Positions 23,671 to 36,680 are shown, numbered from the whole stretch's first letter. The stretch: 63,077 nt of DNA, filler included, from Octopus bimaculoides (GCF_001194135.2; 3 parts of 3 records of this genome joined end to end with filler, not necessarily neighbours in it), one strand, 5' to 3'. Notes: generated from the letters alone by a model not told the origin. Numbers and translations: made by a program.

Positions 23671-23935
23671 GTGTATGAATCCCTAAAACTCGAGAACTAC
23701 GCAACCAATTTCATTCAAATTTTACACATGCCTTAGGGTTCCAATTGTGTTTTAGTCAAAAAAAATTATAACTTCTTGCAGAGTTCGAGCACACGGCAAC
23801 ATAATATCTCCTCCACTATTTAAGTATTACATGTCAAAAGTGAAACAAAAACACTCATGTCAAATACTTTCACTTTAAAAATGAAACTATTCCACTAACT
23901 GAAAGAATCACATTTCAATACTGTAATGACAGATA
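23614..23935 (+). mobile_element. Non-autonomous Helitron-like element, 5' portion
   Basis: A|TCTATATATATAAAAATG start followed by (TCTG)n and aactacgcaaccaattt, a Lep1/HINE-like 5' architecture. 3' hairpin/CTAG end not seen. Confidence 0.6.
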
Positions 23936-24071
23936 CTTTCAGAGTGAGAGAAAGAGAGATGTATATGTATACATATAGATGTATATGTACACGTATATGT
24001 ATAGATATAGAGAGAGATAGATGTATATGTATACATATAGATGTATATGTACATGTATATGTGTATATATA

Positions 24072-24171
24072 NNNNNNNNNNNNNNNNNNNNNNNNNNNNN
24101 NNNNNNNNNNNNNNNTTAATTAATTAANNNNNNNNNNNNNNNNNNNNNNNNNNNNNNNNNNNNNNNNNNNN
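24072..24171. other. Artificial scaffold linker: 44 N + TTAATTAATTAA + 44 N
   Basis: Exactly 100 bp with a palindromic six-frame stop cassette; identical block at 52723-52822. Confidence 0.9.
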
Positions 24172-24750
24172 GATTTCTTCGACTAAAGGTGGTGCTCCAG
24201 CATGGCCGCAGTCAAAAGACTGAAACAAGTAAAAGAGTAAAAGAATATATATATATATATATATATCATCATCAACAACATTTAATGTCCATTTTCCATA
24301 TGTGTACACAAACACACACACATACACACACACTCACACACAGCTGTATATATATTCAGCATCACTGTTTTATATCAATTTAACTTGGATTCAGATATAA
24401 AAATGTGTAATTTCTAGCTGACCATTCTAGAAATGGCATCTTTACTGCATCATAATAGATAGTGCCACACCTGTCATAAAGAGCCATCTGTGGAAACAGT
24501 CAGTGGTTATAAGTAGATCAACAGATGAGGAATCTTATGGAACATTCCACAATAACACTTGAAGAATGACTTTATCAGCAACAACTAAGGAGTGGTGGGT
24601 GAGGTAGGCAGGGGTGCTATCTGGGGTTAAATGGAGGTACAGTAAGGAAAAGGGAGCTTTAAGAGTGTCCAGCCATGGGTTCCCACACACACCCGCATAT
24701 TCTTTTCTTCTCTCACATACCCAAATATACACTTGTAGATACACACACAA

Positions 24751-24783
<33 letters not shown>

Positions 24784-25154
24784 TCAGATATATATGTATA
24801 GGTATGGTCCAGTCAATAAGTATCCAGACTGTTTCCATGGTAAAGAATCTAAAGCTTGGAGAGTGAAGCCACTTGGCACAGATTGACCTTGAACTCTGCT
24901 GTACCTGCACACTAAGTTTTAACGTTCTAGTTCACTTCTGCTGCTTACAGCAGTACTTTGAAGGAAGGTGTGTAGCGTATGATCATCACATTGAAAAATG
25001 ACAAAGAAAGTTGAGCAGAGAATCTGTATCAAATTTTGTCAAAAGCTTGGTGATAGGAGATACCTACTCAGAGGCCTATGCAAAGTTTTTAAAAACTTTT
25101 CATCATTCTCTAAATGAAGTATTAACAGTAACTGCACTGGAAAAGTAGATATAA

Positions 25155-25400
25155 GATTGCCAGGATTTTGTCTCTCTCACCAGGGTCAGTGGCTGTCGAA
25201 CGCCGACGAAGGGAAATAACCCTGAGATCCGGATGCGTTCGTGCTACAGATCATGGTGAGAGGGATAACTTCCCTTGGCAAACAGGACACAGTCATGTGT
25301 CGATAAGCCAGCTGGAGGAGATGTCCTCCTGGGGCTAAAAGCAACAGTAACATCCACCCCTAGGGGTCAGCCACACTTAAGTGGCAATATACTACACTTT
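25155..25400 (+). other. CpG-rich, hairpin-dense island; probable retroelement 5' UTR with degenerate HDV-like ribozyme
   Basis: At least six short stems in about 250 bp, and a GTCG-loop-CGAC-GAA-GGGA motif resembling P4-J4/2-P2 of RTE-associated HDV-like ribozymes. Confidence 0.4.
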
Positions 25401-25570
25401 ATCGTGCAGTTACTGTTAATACTTCATTTAGAGAATTAACATTGCTTATATATATATATATACACATACACAAACACACATATATATATGCATATATATA
25501 CACACACACACACATATATGTATATGTACACACACACACACACACATACACACACACACACACACACACG

Positions 25571-25737
25571 TAGGAGTGACTATGTGGTAAAAAGTTTGTT
25601 TTCCAAGAACATGGTTACATGGCTTCAAGTTCAGTTGCACTATGTAGCACCTTAGGCCAGTGTCTTCTACTATAGCCTGCACCAGCCAAAAGCTTTATGA
25701 GAGAATTTGTTAGATAGAAACTGAAAGAAGCCCATAA
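25571..25737 (+). mobile_element. CORE-domain tRNA SINE (5' module)
   Basis: tRNA-like head plus accttaggccagtgtcttctactatagcc. Related copies at 28630-28725(-), 35420-35490(-), 47990-48148(-) and 54030-54190(-). Confidence 0.75.
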
Positions 25738-26107
25738 GATATATATATATATAATAAATATTGAAAAAAACACATCTGGCCTAATTTGGACATATGACAG
25801 TTTAATATAATAGCAGCGATATATATATATATATGTATATATATCATCATCATCATCATCATCATCGTTTAACGTCCGCTTTCCATGCCAGCATGGGTTG
25901 GACGATTTGACTGAGGACTGGTGAAACCGGATGGCAACACCAGGCTCCAATCTAAATTTGTCAATTCATACAGTTGTAGATACAGACATGTAGACACATG
26001 CATATGAATATTCACTTGCATACAAATACATATGTAGATGACAACACACATGCACATATTAGCACATATACACAACTTTCCTCCACGCATACTTACCCAT
26101 ATATATA

Positions 26108-26146
<39 letters not shown>

Positions 26147-26156
26147 NNNNNNNNNN

Positions 26157-26189
<33 letters not shown>

Positions 26190-28137
26190 ATATATATAGA
26201 TATATAGATATATATAGATAGATAGATAGATATATATATAGATATATACACACATAATTACTGGCATACATATGTAAAGATCATCTTACTGAATTGTTCT
26301 CACCGCCACCACCACCATCACCACCATTGTCATCATCATCATCATCATTATTATTGTCACTGTCACCATCATCATCAATAGGGTCATCATAATCATCGTA
26401 CACAAGCACCATAGAACTTTACCATTTTAACAGGAAACATCTTATTCCCACCAAAATTTCCTTCCTCCCAAATAATTAACCTGCCATGAACGGCATTGAG
26501 ATCAAGTCATTTCTTCCTAACTCACCTACAATTGAGGAAATAACCCTAAAATCTTTATAAAACACAGTAATTATGCTCTGACTCCTGCTCCACTCTCTGT
26601 CTCTCCACGCTAAATATAAAGACATTCTTGCCATTATTATCATCAATAATTATTGATTTTGAAGTCAAGTTGAAGTGGTGATAAAACTGACATTTCTTGA
26701 ATAGCTCTTCTTCAGGGAGTGATATTTTTTGTTTTTTATATATGTTTCAATTACTACTGAGAACATAGATCCTATCACAGTCTATATAATGGACTTTCTC
26801 AAAGTGGGTAACACCACCCTCTGGAGACAGTGTAATATTTCATTTGAATTCTGGAGATAAAAGGGGCAGTAGTAAGGTGATTGATTCATCTATATACTGG
26901 TTTGTTTTTATTATGGCCTACCGGTAAGAGTGTTGCACTCTTGATTATGATATCTTGGGTTCAATTCCCAGATTGGGCAGTGTGTTTTATTCTTGAGCAA
27001 CACACTTCATCTCATGGTGATTTGTGATCATTTTGATATCTGACCTGTGGCATGCCATGCACCTGCATAGGCAGTGTCGCTTTGATGGAGGAAGTGAGGT
27101 CATGTACAGCTTAGACGTTTGATCACCATAAAACTATAATCAGTTATATAGTTATAGAATTATAACCACTATAATCAGTGCTGGTTGTTTAACAAGATGA
27201 ACTGCCATTGTAGTTGAATTAGTCTTTGACTCCTATTTACATATTATGTGTAAAACAAAAATCTTTTTAATATGATATTATGATAAATGATGTATTCGTC
27301 ACAATCACAACAACTACAAGAATAGAAATAACAACGACAACAACATCAACAATAATAATAAAGCGACAACATATTTAAACAAATTTACTTTTATTTTGCT
27401 TTTAGAAGTGTCAAATGTATATCGTATTATACACACAAGAAGGTAAAATTTTGAACACATTATAGCTGTTATAGCTGTGGAAACAACTGAAATGCTGGGT
27501 ATCATTTTGGCTGCCACTTCATTCTGCTTCATGTCTGCTTTCGTGTCTGTATAATAGCAATACTAAACTTCAAAATGGAAATAAGTAAATAAACAAAATA
27601 ATATATTAGTTATTTTCCTTTGGAATTCTCATAGACTCAACTGTCTTTTTCTATACATAGTTTATATGTAAAATTAATTCTGATGAAATGACATTTCTAT
27701 CGTGCTCTAAATAATAATAATAACTAAATAACCTGGTTCTGCATTCTTCCTCTGTGCATTTGAATTGGTCAGTAATAGTTTAAACAGAGAAGGAATTTTG
27801 CCATAAACATTCTTCAGGACAATAGGTAGAATTGAGGAAACTATGTATCAATCTACAATTGTACCATGATGCAATAAAGACAATTCTTAAGTGGTTTGTT
27901 GAAATACCTCCCTTTATATCAGTCAAATATAGTTAGTTTTACTACAAACTGTTTCCTGTGAAATATTCTCTGCTTCAAGCAGTATGCGATAGTTTTGATA
28001 AATATAGGATGGTATTAAGTTTCTCTATCTCTGTAGAGTCTTAACTGATCAAACATGGGATCAGTTATTATGTATGATTACTGCATCACAGAATTTTAAA
28101 ATTAGCCAGTCTATCTGAAACGTGTGTAGATTTAAAA

Positions 28138-28345
28138 TTTTGGCACAAGGCCAGCAGTTTTAGTAGCATGGAAAGAGGTAAGTCAATTACATCAACCCCG
28201 GTACTAAACTGACACTTACCTTATTGACTCTGAAAGGACAAAAGGCACAATCAACTTCAAAGCAGCATTTGAACCCAGATCCTTAAGATGGATGAAATGC
28301 TGGTGAGCCTTTTACCTGGCATGCTAACGGTTCTGCCAGCTCGTT
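28138..28345 (-). mobile_element. Meta-domain tRNA SINE
   Basis: Reverse complement of the 31125-31335 family, adjoining an (AAT)n tract. Confidence 0.7.
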
Positions 28346-28348
28346 GCT

Positions 28349-28388
<40 letters not shown>

Positions 28389-28502
28389 CATTATTAATAA
28401 TAACAATAATCATATATTTGTCACCCTCAAATCAGAATTCCATTGCAACCAGGAATCAGCATCATATACATACACATATAGACATGTACAAACACACACA
28501 CT

Positions 28503-28547
<45 letters not shown>

Positions 28548-28557
28548 NNNNNNNNNN

Positions 28558-28593
<36 letters not shown>

Positions 28594-28767
28594 AATACAC
28601 ATATATGTATGTATACATACACATATATATTTGACAGGCTTCTTTCAGTTTCCATCTACCAAATCCACTCACAAGGCTTTGGTTGGCACAAAGCTATAGT
28701 AGAAGACACTTGCCCGAGATGTCACATCATGTGTGTGTGTGAATATATACACACACACACACACACG

Positions 28768-28827
<60 letters not shown>

Positions 28828-29189
28828 GATAGATAGATATTATATACATTCATACATATGTACATAGACATGCACATATAGACACCCATACACACAGTCT
28901 CTCTCTCTCTCTCACACACACACATACATACCTGTCATGTGTGGAAACTCATTAGAAAAGGAAAAAAATTATAAGTGGTGTGGTATTAACATTAGAAATT
29001 TAATAATGCAAACCTAAGTAGCTTGTATGTAGGCAACAGGGCTTTAATTTCATCTGATGTGATGGGGCTCAGTCTTATTAACCTGCTGACTAATGAATAA
29101 TCATGCTGGAGTTGTTATTGTTGCTGTTATTGTTTAACCCCAGGTTAGTCCTGATACAGGAAATGTCGCTTTGTCAGATAAATCCATTC

Positions 29190-30720
29190 ATATTATTTTT
29201 TTTTCCCATTTGTTTTAATCTTTATTTTTCTTTTCATCAACAATTTTAATGAAGCATAAACGATATATTCTCCTTCATCGTTCATGATTTCTTGCCAGCA
29301 TTTCACTGGCTTGTTAATGCCTTCACCATAGAAATCAACATGTCTTAACTCAAAGAATTCATTGAGGAGCCATATTGTCAGCTCCAAATTGTTCTGGAAC
29401 AAAATGCTGAACAAACTGTTGAAGGGTTGCCATGAAGACAATAATCTGAAGGCACTATATCATGAGAATATAGTAAGTGTGGTAGAACTCCCTAACGGAG
29501 GTTTTGAATTGTATCTTCAATTAAATTAGCAATGCTGGGGTGAATATTGTTATATTGAAGTATCCTGCCATTTTGCTGGTTGGATCATTTCAGCTGGATT
29601 GCTTCATTGAACCAGTGCATTTTCTGAATGTAGAGCTCTGCACTGACCGAGTGCTTCCTTTTGAATATATTCTCCTTTGTTATTCTTCATTTCTTGCTAA
29701 GATTTCACCGGCTTGTCAATGCTTTCACCATTGAGCCACATTTTCAGCTCTGAGTTGCTCTTGAACAAAATGCTTTGCAGACTGTTGAAGGGTCACCATA
29801 AAAGATAATAATCTGAAGGCCCTATATCATGGGAATATAGTGAGTGTGGTAGAACTGCCTAACCAAACTCTTGAATAGTATCTTCAATTAAATTAGCAAT
29901 GTTGGAGTGAATGTTGTCATGTTGATGAAGCAGGCCATGTTCCTGGTTGGATCATTTCAGCTGGATTGCTTCATTGAGTCTGTGCATTTGCTGAATGTAG
30001 AACTGTGCATTAACTGAGTGCTTACTTTTGAGCATTTCATAGTGGATTAGCCCTTCCCAATCCCACCAAATGTTAATCATTGTCTTGTATGGATAGAGCT
30101 CTGGTTTGGCTTGAGGTGTAGTTTGCCTGTCAGGACACAGCCATTCTTTTCTCTGTTTCATATTGACATAAAGATACCATTAGTCATCACTGGTGATGAT
30201 GCTGTAAAGAAATCTGTGTGTTTCCACAAATAGCATGATACTGAGTGAGCAAAATGACAGCACTAGAGGAGCCCTGGAATTCATGTTCTTTGTTCAAAGC
30301 ATGTGGCACCCAAGTGCCAATATTTTACCCTTACTCATCAGATGGAGATGATGGATGACAGTGCTATGAGAGCATCCCATCTGCTTGGCCAAATCTCATG
30401 TGGATTGATGCAGATTCCCATGGATTAACTAGTTCAATCAATTCTCATTGAACAGAACAGATTGGATGGAATTCAGAGAGTCCTCCATGAAGCATGAAAT
30501 CCATTTCTATGCCATTCTTTCAGCAACATTGCCTTCTCTATACACAACACAAATATCCCAAGCAGCTTTAACAGCTTTTGGAACCTTGACCGAAAGCGAA
30601 GAGAAGCAGATGTCAAAAATGCTCATTACTTTTCATCACTTGGCATCATTTTCATCACTTTTCATCACTTCATCATATATATTTGAAAAGCATTAAAATT
30701 TATTCAAAATTTCAAAAACA
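29190..30720 (-). mobile_element. mariner (DD34D-like) remnant with duplicated 3' part
   Basis: ORF 29952-30161 PQAKPELYPYKTMINIWWDWEGLIHYEML...VNAQFYIQQM; C-terminal NDEGEYI in ORF 29193-29441. Confidence 0.8.
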
Positions 30721-31124
30721 ATAAACAAGAGTTGTAAAGAAAAAATAGTTCTCAAAAGATAGAAAAGAACCCATAAAACCACTTTTGTGCTAATTTAAAT
30801 AATTTTAGAAAGAAAAGAATGGATTCATCAGACATCCCAGTATATCTAAAATCAAAACTGTCTTTAGATTTTAAGTATTGTATCCCAAACACCATTTTAC
30901 AATTTGAACTCATATGACGTGTACAGTTGTAATTAAGAGAAATTTGAGTGTTATCTTTCACATGTCAAAGATGCCTTCAATGGTCCAATATTAGTGTTGT
31001 TGTTATTATTGTAGTTGCTAATGACACCACAGCTGTAGTTAGCTGTTATCATTATTGTTGTTTTCATCAGAGAAACATCAAACAAGATTATTACTATTAT
31101 TATTATTATTACTATTATTATCAA

Positions 31125-31335
31125 GCAGTGAGCTGGCAGAATTGTTAGTGTGCTGGATGAAATGTTTAGCATCATTTCACCCATCGCTACATTCTGAGTT
31201 CAAATTCCATTGAGGTCAACCTTGCCTTTCATCCTTTCGGGGTCAATAAATTGAGTACCATTGAAACACTGGGGTTAATGTAATTGACTAGTCCCCATCC
31301 AACAAATTTGAGGCCTTGTGCCTCCAGTAAAAAAG
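31125..31335 (+). mobile_element. Meta-domain tRNA SINE; further copies at 31388-31600(+), 32675-32890(+) and 33860-34035(-)
   Basis: gagctggcagaa head, ttctgagttcaaat B box, gcctttcatcctttcggggtcaataaattgagtacca (Meta-domain-like), (ATT)n tail. Confidence 0.8.
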
Positions 31336-31607
31336 ATTATTATTATTGTTATTATTATTATTATTGTTGTTGCTATTATTATTGTTGTTAAGATAGTAAG
31401 CTGGTAGAATCATTAGCGTGTTATAAAAAATGTCTTGTTGCATTTCTTCTGGTTCTTTACATTTTGAGCTCAAATCCTGCCAAGGTCAACTTTACTTTCT
31501 GAGCTATTAAAATAAAGTACCAGTCACGCTCTGGCATTGAAAAAAACTGACTTACCCTCTCCCTTCAAAACTACTGGCCTTGTTCCAAAATTAGAAAGAA
31601 CTATCAC

Positions 31608-31640
<33 letters not shown>

Positions 31641-32261
31641 CATTATTATTATTATTATTATTACTATGATTGCTGTTGTTGTTGTTAATATTATTTTCCC
31701 TTGAGGAAGGTGTAATATTTAAAAAGTAAAAAAAAAAGCAAATGAAAAAATAATTAAAAATTACTTGCTACAGTCTGATGGTTGTCTGATGACTAGAGTA
31801 AAAAAAAATGTATATATATATAACAAAAATATAATAGTTACTGCTTAATTACAAACAGACTTCTCTGGATGTAAAAAAATATTTAAGAATTGTAATCAAA
31901 ACCAATGAGTTATCAAATTATTTTTACGTTTCTTATGTTTTTCGATCTACTTCCTGTTTCTTTCTTGTTCCTTTCAGCTTTTTCGCATTAGTTATTTTAT
32001 ATATTTATTCTTCATTCAATTTTTACTTCTGCATATTCATAGCCTTGAAAATCTCTTTTTAAATTAAGGACCAGATCAGTCTTTGGATGGAATCTTTATT
32101 TAATATGCTGAATCAATTTAGTGACTCTCTCTCCTTCTTTCTATATCTGCTTCTGTCTGTCTGGTCTATCACTGTATCTGTTTCTCTCATCCTCCCCCCT
32201 CCCTCTTGCTCTTTCCTTTCCATCCCTTAAGTCCCGTTTGAAATTCATGTTTAAATGAGAG

Positions 32262-32655
32262 TTGGCTGTGTGGTAAATAGCTTGCTTACCAACCACATGG
32301 TTCTGGGTTCAGTCCCACTGCATGGCACCTTGGGTAAGTGTCTTCTACTATAGCCTCGGGCCGACCAAAGCCTTGTGGGTGGATTTGGTAGATGGAAACT
32401 GAAAGAAGCTCATCGTATATATGTATATATATGTATGTGTGTGTATATGTTTGTGTGTCTGTGTTTTTCCCCCCAACATCGCTTGACAACCGATGCTGGT
32501 GTGTTTACATCCCCGTAACTTAGCGGTTTGGCAAAAGAGACTGATAGAATAAGTACTAGGCTTCCAAAGAATAAGTCCTTGGGGTCGATTTGCTTGACTA
32601 AAAGCGGTGCTCCAGCATGGCCACAGTCAAATGACTGAAACAAGTAAAAGAGAGA
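32262..32655 (+). mobile_element. Full-length composite SINE: tRNA head, CORE-like block, (TA/TG)n linker and second module ending gactgaaacaagtaaaaga
   Basis: ggctgtgtggtaa...ggttcagtccc...accttgggtaagtgtctt, then cgcttgacaaccgatgctggtg...ggtgctccagcatggcc. Second module also at 24172-24243, 54630-54820, 54850-55110(-) and 60185-60410. Confidence 0.8.
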
Positions 32656-34254
32656 GATATTTAATAATAACATAGTGGAATGAGCTGGCAGAATCAATAG
32701 CACCTTAGGAAAAATGCTTTGCAGCATTTCATCAGGCATTACATTCTGAGTTCAAGTTATGCTGAGGTCGACTTTATTTTTCATCCTTTTCGGGGTCGAT
32801 AAAATAAGCACCAGTCGAGCACTGGGGTCGATGTAATTGGCTTAAACCCTCCTCCAAAATTGCTGACCTTCTGCCAAAATTTGAAACCAATATTTTATAG
32901 TAACATATTTATTCATTCTCAATGCAATCTGGTAGATTTGAATATGAATATGCCAAATGCTGCAGTATTTTATCATCAGTAAACATACACCCCTCTTCAG
33001 AAGATGTGTGTTAAGAAGATTCTTGATTCATTGAGGTAAGAATACCTTGAGATACTGCAGTGTTTCAACTATTTTATGTGTCTCGTCAGTCAAAGCTACC
33101 CTCAGATCAATGAAACTACTAAAAGTGAAGGCTCTTGTTTATAGAAATCAGTGAACAAATTACTAGCTGATGCATGCTGATGGCTGCCAAACAGATGATA
33201 ATTCACAAGGTGCATGTAGAACTATGAGATTCTAAACAATTGTATAGCTGTTCATTCTCAATACATTCTGGCAGATTTGAACAAGGATACCTAATCATGG
33301 TTATATTTTGTCACCAGAGATGTGTGTTTGCATGGATTCTTTTTTTTTTTGCCAGGATGAACAACAGAGGAATAGGTTTAGGATTCTATCAAGTTAACAC
33401 CACTATTTTTGTTAATGGAAACAATTATTATATCCTCATTTTGCTGATAGTATTTTGTAGTTCTTAGATTAAATGTGTTCCAGTTGTGACTATTCCATTT
33501 TTCTTTTATTGAAAATTATAATCTCCAATGTATCATTTGCTTTCTTTCTAAAGACAGTGATTTAATGATTTGAAAGAGATTTGACTGTTATTTCTGTTAA
33601 GACCAACAACCACATGAAGACTCCCTCGATGGCAAGAAGAGGTCTTCTTCTGACCACATTATAACCGTATATAACGGGACTACTTATATGAATAATGACC
33701 TGAGGTATGACTTGGAACTTAAATTCTTCACTGAATTATACACAATGTGCACCTGCTCCAGGAATTGAACCACCAAATTATGAACATTAGCTGAATGCTT
33801 TAACTACTAGGCCAGCAACATGCATTCACAAAGCACCAATAAGTTAATAATCCTTTCTCTTATCGGTCTGAAATCTGAAATGTGTGGGGAGGGAAACAGT
33901 CAATTACATCGAGCCCAATGCTGAACCGGTATTTATTTCATTGACCCCGTCAGAATTTGAACTCAAAATGGTAAGACAGATGAAATGCTGCTAAGCATTT
34001 TGCCTGGCATGGTAATGGTTCTGCCAGCTTGCCACTATAATAAAAGAAAGTTAATAATGGGAATAAATACATTACTTGTAGATATTGAAGATAGCATAAA
34101 GAGAAGACAAGCTTTCTGAATATGGTTCCACTCTCACATCTGTAGAATGACAGATGAACATGTTGAAGAATGGCAGCAGGGAATTATAGCATGACTAAAC
34201 ATTAAAAAAATAATGTAAAATAAAGCCATACTAATTTGTAATGTGTATGTTCTT

Positions 34255-34620
34255 ATGTGAGTGTGTGCTGAAAAGTTCCTGTCTTTGGGTTAAAGAAAAT
34301 ACAGAAAAAACCCAGATAATTATGATTTTACTCAACATATTTCCCTCTCAGATTCACACACTTATTGCAACCGTCCTTCAGTATTTTTAAGCCCTGTAAA
34401 AGAACTTGGAAGGCTGGGTCTCTGTCAGGGCCTTTTTCTAATACCCTTAAAACCAGGAACTTTTCAGCACTCTCTTGTACTCTGAGTTTGTTTTTGAAGA
34501 GCTTTAGTTTCATTTTCAATTTTTTCTAAGCTTTGTAAAAGAATTCAGAAGGTTGGGTCACCACCCGGGCCATTTTCGATGCCCTTAAAGCCAGGACATT
34601 TCCAGCACCCTCTCGTACTC
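34255..34620. mobile_element. mariner-derived MITE with duplicated 3' terminus; related copy at 43980-44163
   Basis: gtgctgaaaagttcctg versus ccaggaacttttcagcactctcttgta and a second ccaggacatttccagcaccctctcgta. Minus strand encodes the remnant CNKCVNLRGKYVE. Confidence 0.75.
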
Positions 34621-34744
34621 ATTCATGATTTGAGTCGTTCCTGAACAGCTTTAGTTAAAGCTTAACTATTAAAGAAACCCCCATCCATGTTAACAAGAAA
34701 TTAACTAACTAACAATCATCTTACTTCCTTGCTTTCTTTTCTAG

Positions 34745-34837
34745 AAAGCTTCAAAAGGAAATAACACACCTAACATTGTTGATGACGTTGTACTAGTGAT
34801 GGCGGTGTTAGATGAGGAAGGAGAAACTTATTCTTAA
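34745..34837 (+). CDS. Candidate alternative (terminal) exon of the CIN85/CD2AP-like gene
   Basis: CTAAC branch point and pyrimidine tract ttacttccttgctttcttttctag|. Phase-0 reading KASKGNNTPNIVDDVVLVMAVLDEEGETYS* fits the 15575 donor. No homology support recognised. Confidence 0.3.
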   Translation, partial: KASKGNNTPNIVDDVVLVMAVLDEEGETYS

Positions 34838-35325
34838 TAGAGTATTTAATCTCCTGTCCAAGTCACTTGGCTTCCGTTTTCTTTTGCTCATTGCTGCAAT
34901 AACAAATCTTGAAACAATCATAAACTTCAGGAAGTGCTCCAAGAGCTTTTTGATGATAGGGGCAGTGGTGGTGGTGGTGGTGGTGGTGGTGCAGTTTGCA
35001 ATGACTTGCTGAGGCAAAGGAAACGATAGCAACAAATTATGAAACAGATGCAATATGGCTGGTTGACTTTAAAATATTTTTTTCCATTTTTCTTTGAAAA
35101 AATTCTGCCTCAGTATTATTCATTTCTTAAAGGAGATATAGAAGAAGTCAGGATAGGCGAGGTGGGTGGGGTGGGATTGGGTATAAAACTTGAATAAACC
35201 GAATCTGTACAAATTCTTTTCTGCCTTGTATTCATGTTTATAAAGTGTTTAATTCAATTTAGTCTAAATTTTATATGTAATCGTAATTATTTCACTTTAT
35301 ATACACATCCATGCACACAAATATT

Positions 35326-35360
<35 letters not shown>

Positions 35361-35899
35361 GTAAATATATATATATAATTATATATGTATACATAAATGA
35401 ATATATAAATATGTGTGTGTGAGTTTAGGACTGAACCCGGAAACATGTGGTTGAGAAGCAGGCTTCTACCACACAGCCATGTCTGCAATATGGCTGGTCT
35501 AAATGTGAAAGGTTAAGACTGTTCTTGTTACACCCATCCCATTGTTTCTGTTTACAGACTTAGCAAATCGAGAACTATACGATCCCAATGTGCACTCCCC
35601 TTTTTAAGAGAGTAGTGTATAATTTAAGTGTGATTTGACTTCTATGATTTGCAGTTCAAGCAAACACATCCAAGATCACTTCATTGACATGTATCACTGC
35701 TGGCATAAATGATAGATGAATGAATACGAGGATTTTTGAAAAGAAGCTTTCGATGTTTAACTCATACAAATGTTAGTTAAAAACAAAACATGTTTAGTTT
35801 TCTTCATTCTACATAGTTTAAAGGTTTTCTGGTTGCTTTTCTGCTTTCATCTTCCCACTTTACTGATTATTTCCATTTTGAAGTTTTTGCTTCAATGCT

Positions 35900-35930
<31 letters not shown>

Positions 35931-36184
35931 TATTATTTCCCTCAGTCCCATAACAAATAAGTACACAAAACTTCAAATGGGATTTAAGGCAAACAAAGAT
36001 TCATCCTTTCCCTTAGTTATAAACAGCTACCTTTCAGTAATATAAATATTTCCCTAGGTGGACGGTTCTCATTCAATATATATATTTTCTATTTTGTTCT
36101 CATTCACACTATCTTTCGATTCCACTTTCACAGGCAAAAATAAATGGACCTCCACCAGTGTCTATGATGAATGGCTGGTTGTTG

Positions 36185-36680
36185 CATCAGCTTAACTACC
36201 TAGTTATTGAATCAGGAACATAGTGTGACAGGGATGGCGTACCATTAACGTACATCTATGGAGACCCAGGAGGTTGTGTGATGAAGTGGTGAGAAAGCTC
36301 CTTCAGATGCTGGGTTTCACTTAGGAAATGACAAAGGACTGGGAATTGTTGTAATTTGCTGTACCTGAGAAGATGCGTCAAGATGAGTAAAATTGCTGTC
36401 ATCCATAAAGGTGCCACCTAAAGGTGTCCTTTAAAGGTACCACCTAAAATACACTTGTGCTGGCACTGCATAAACACACCTGTGCCAGTGATATGTAAAA
36501 AGCACCCAGCACACTCTGTAAAGTGGCTGACATTAAGAAGGGCATCCAGCTATAGAAACAATGCCTCAAGAGACAAACTGGAGTCTGGCCAGCTCTGTAG
36601 CTAGCCACCTTCTGTCAAACTGTCCAACCAATAATGTCCAACCAGTTTGGACATTAAACAACGATGACGATGAAGATGAT
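36185..36680 (+). mobile_element. RTE LINE 3' end (degenerate ORF end plus UTR)
   Basis: gtaaaaagcacccagcacactctgtaaagtgg...gaagggcatccagc, ending in a (GAT)-type tail. Confidence 0.7.

Noticed and set aside
32262-32330. tRNA-like A/B box sequences (here and at other SINE heads)
   Set aside because: No complete cloverleaf, and each continues into a SINE body. They are SINE heads, not tRNA genes.
33356-33375. Possible 20-nt microexon (DEQQRN) after a T-tract and CAG
   Set aside because: Weak donor (TAG|GTTTAG) and no clear branch point.
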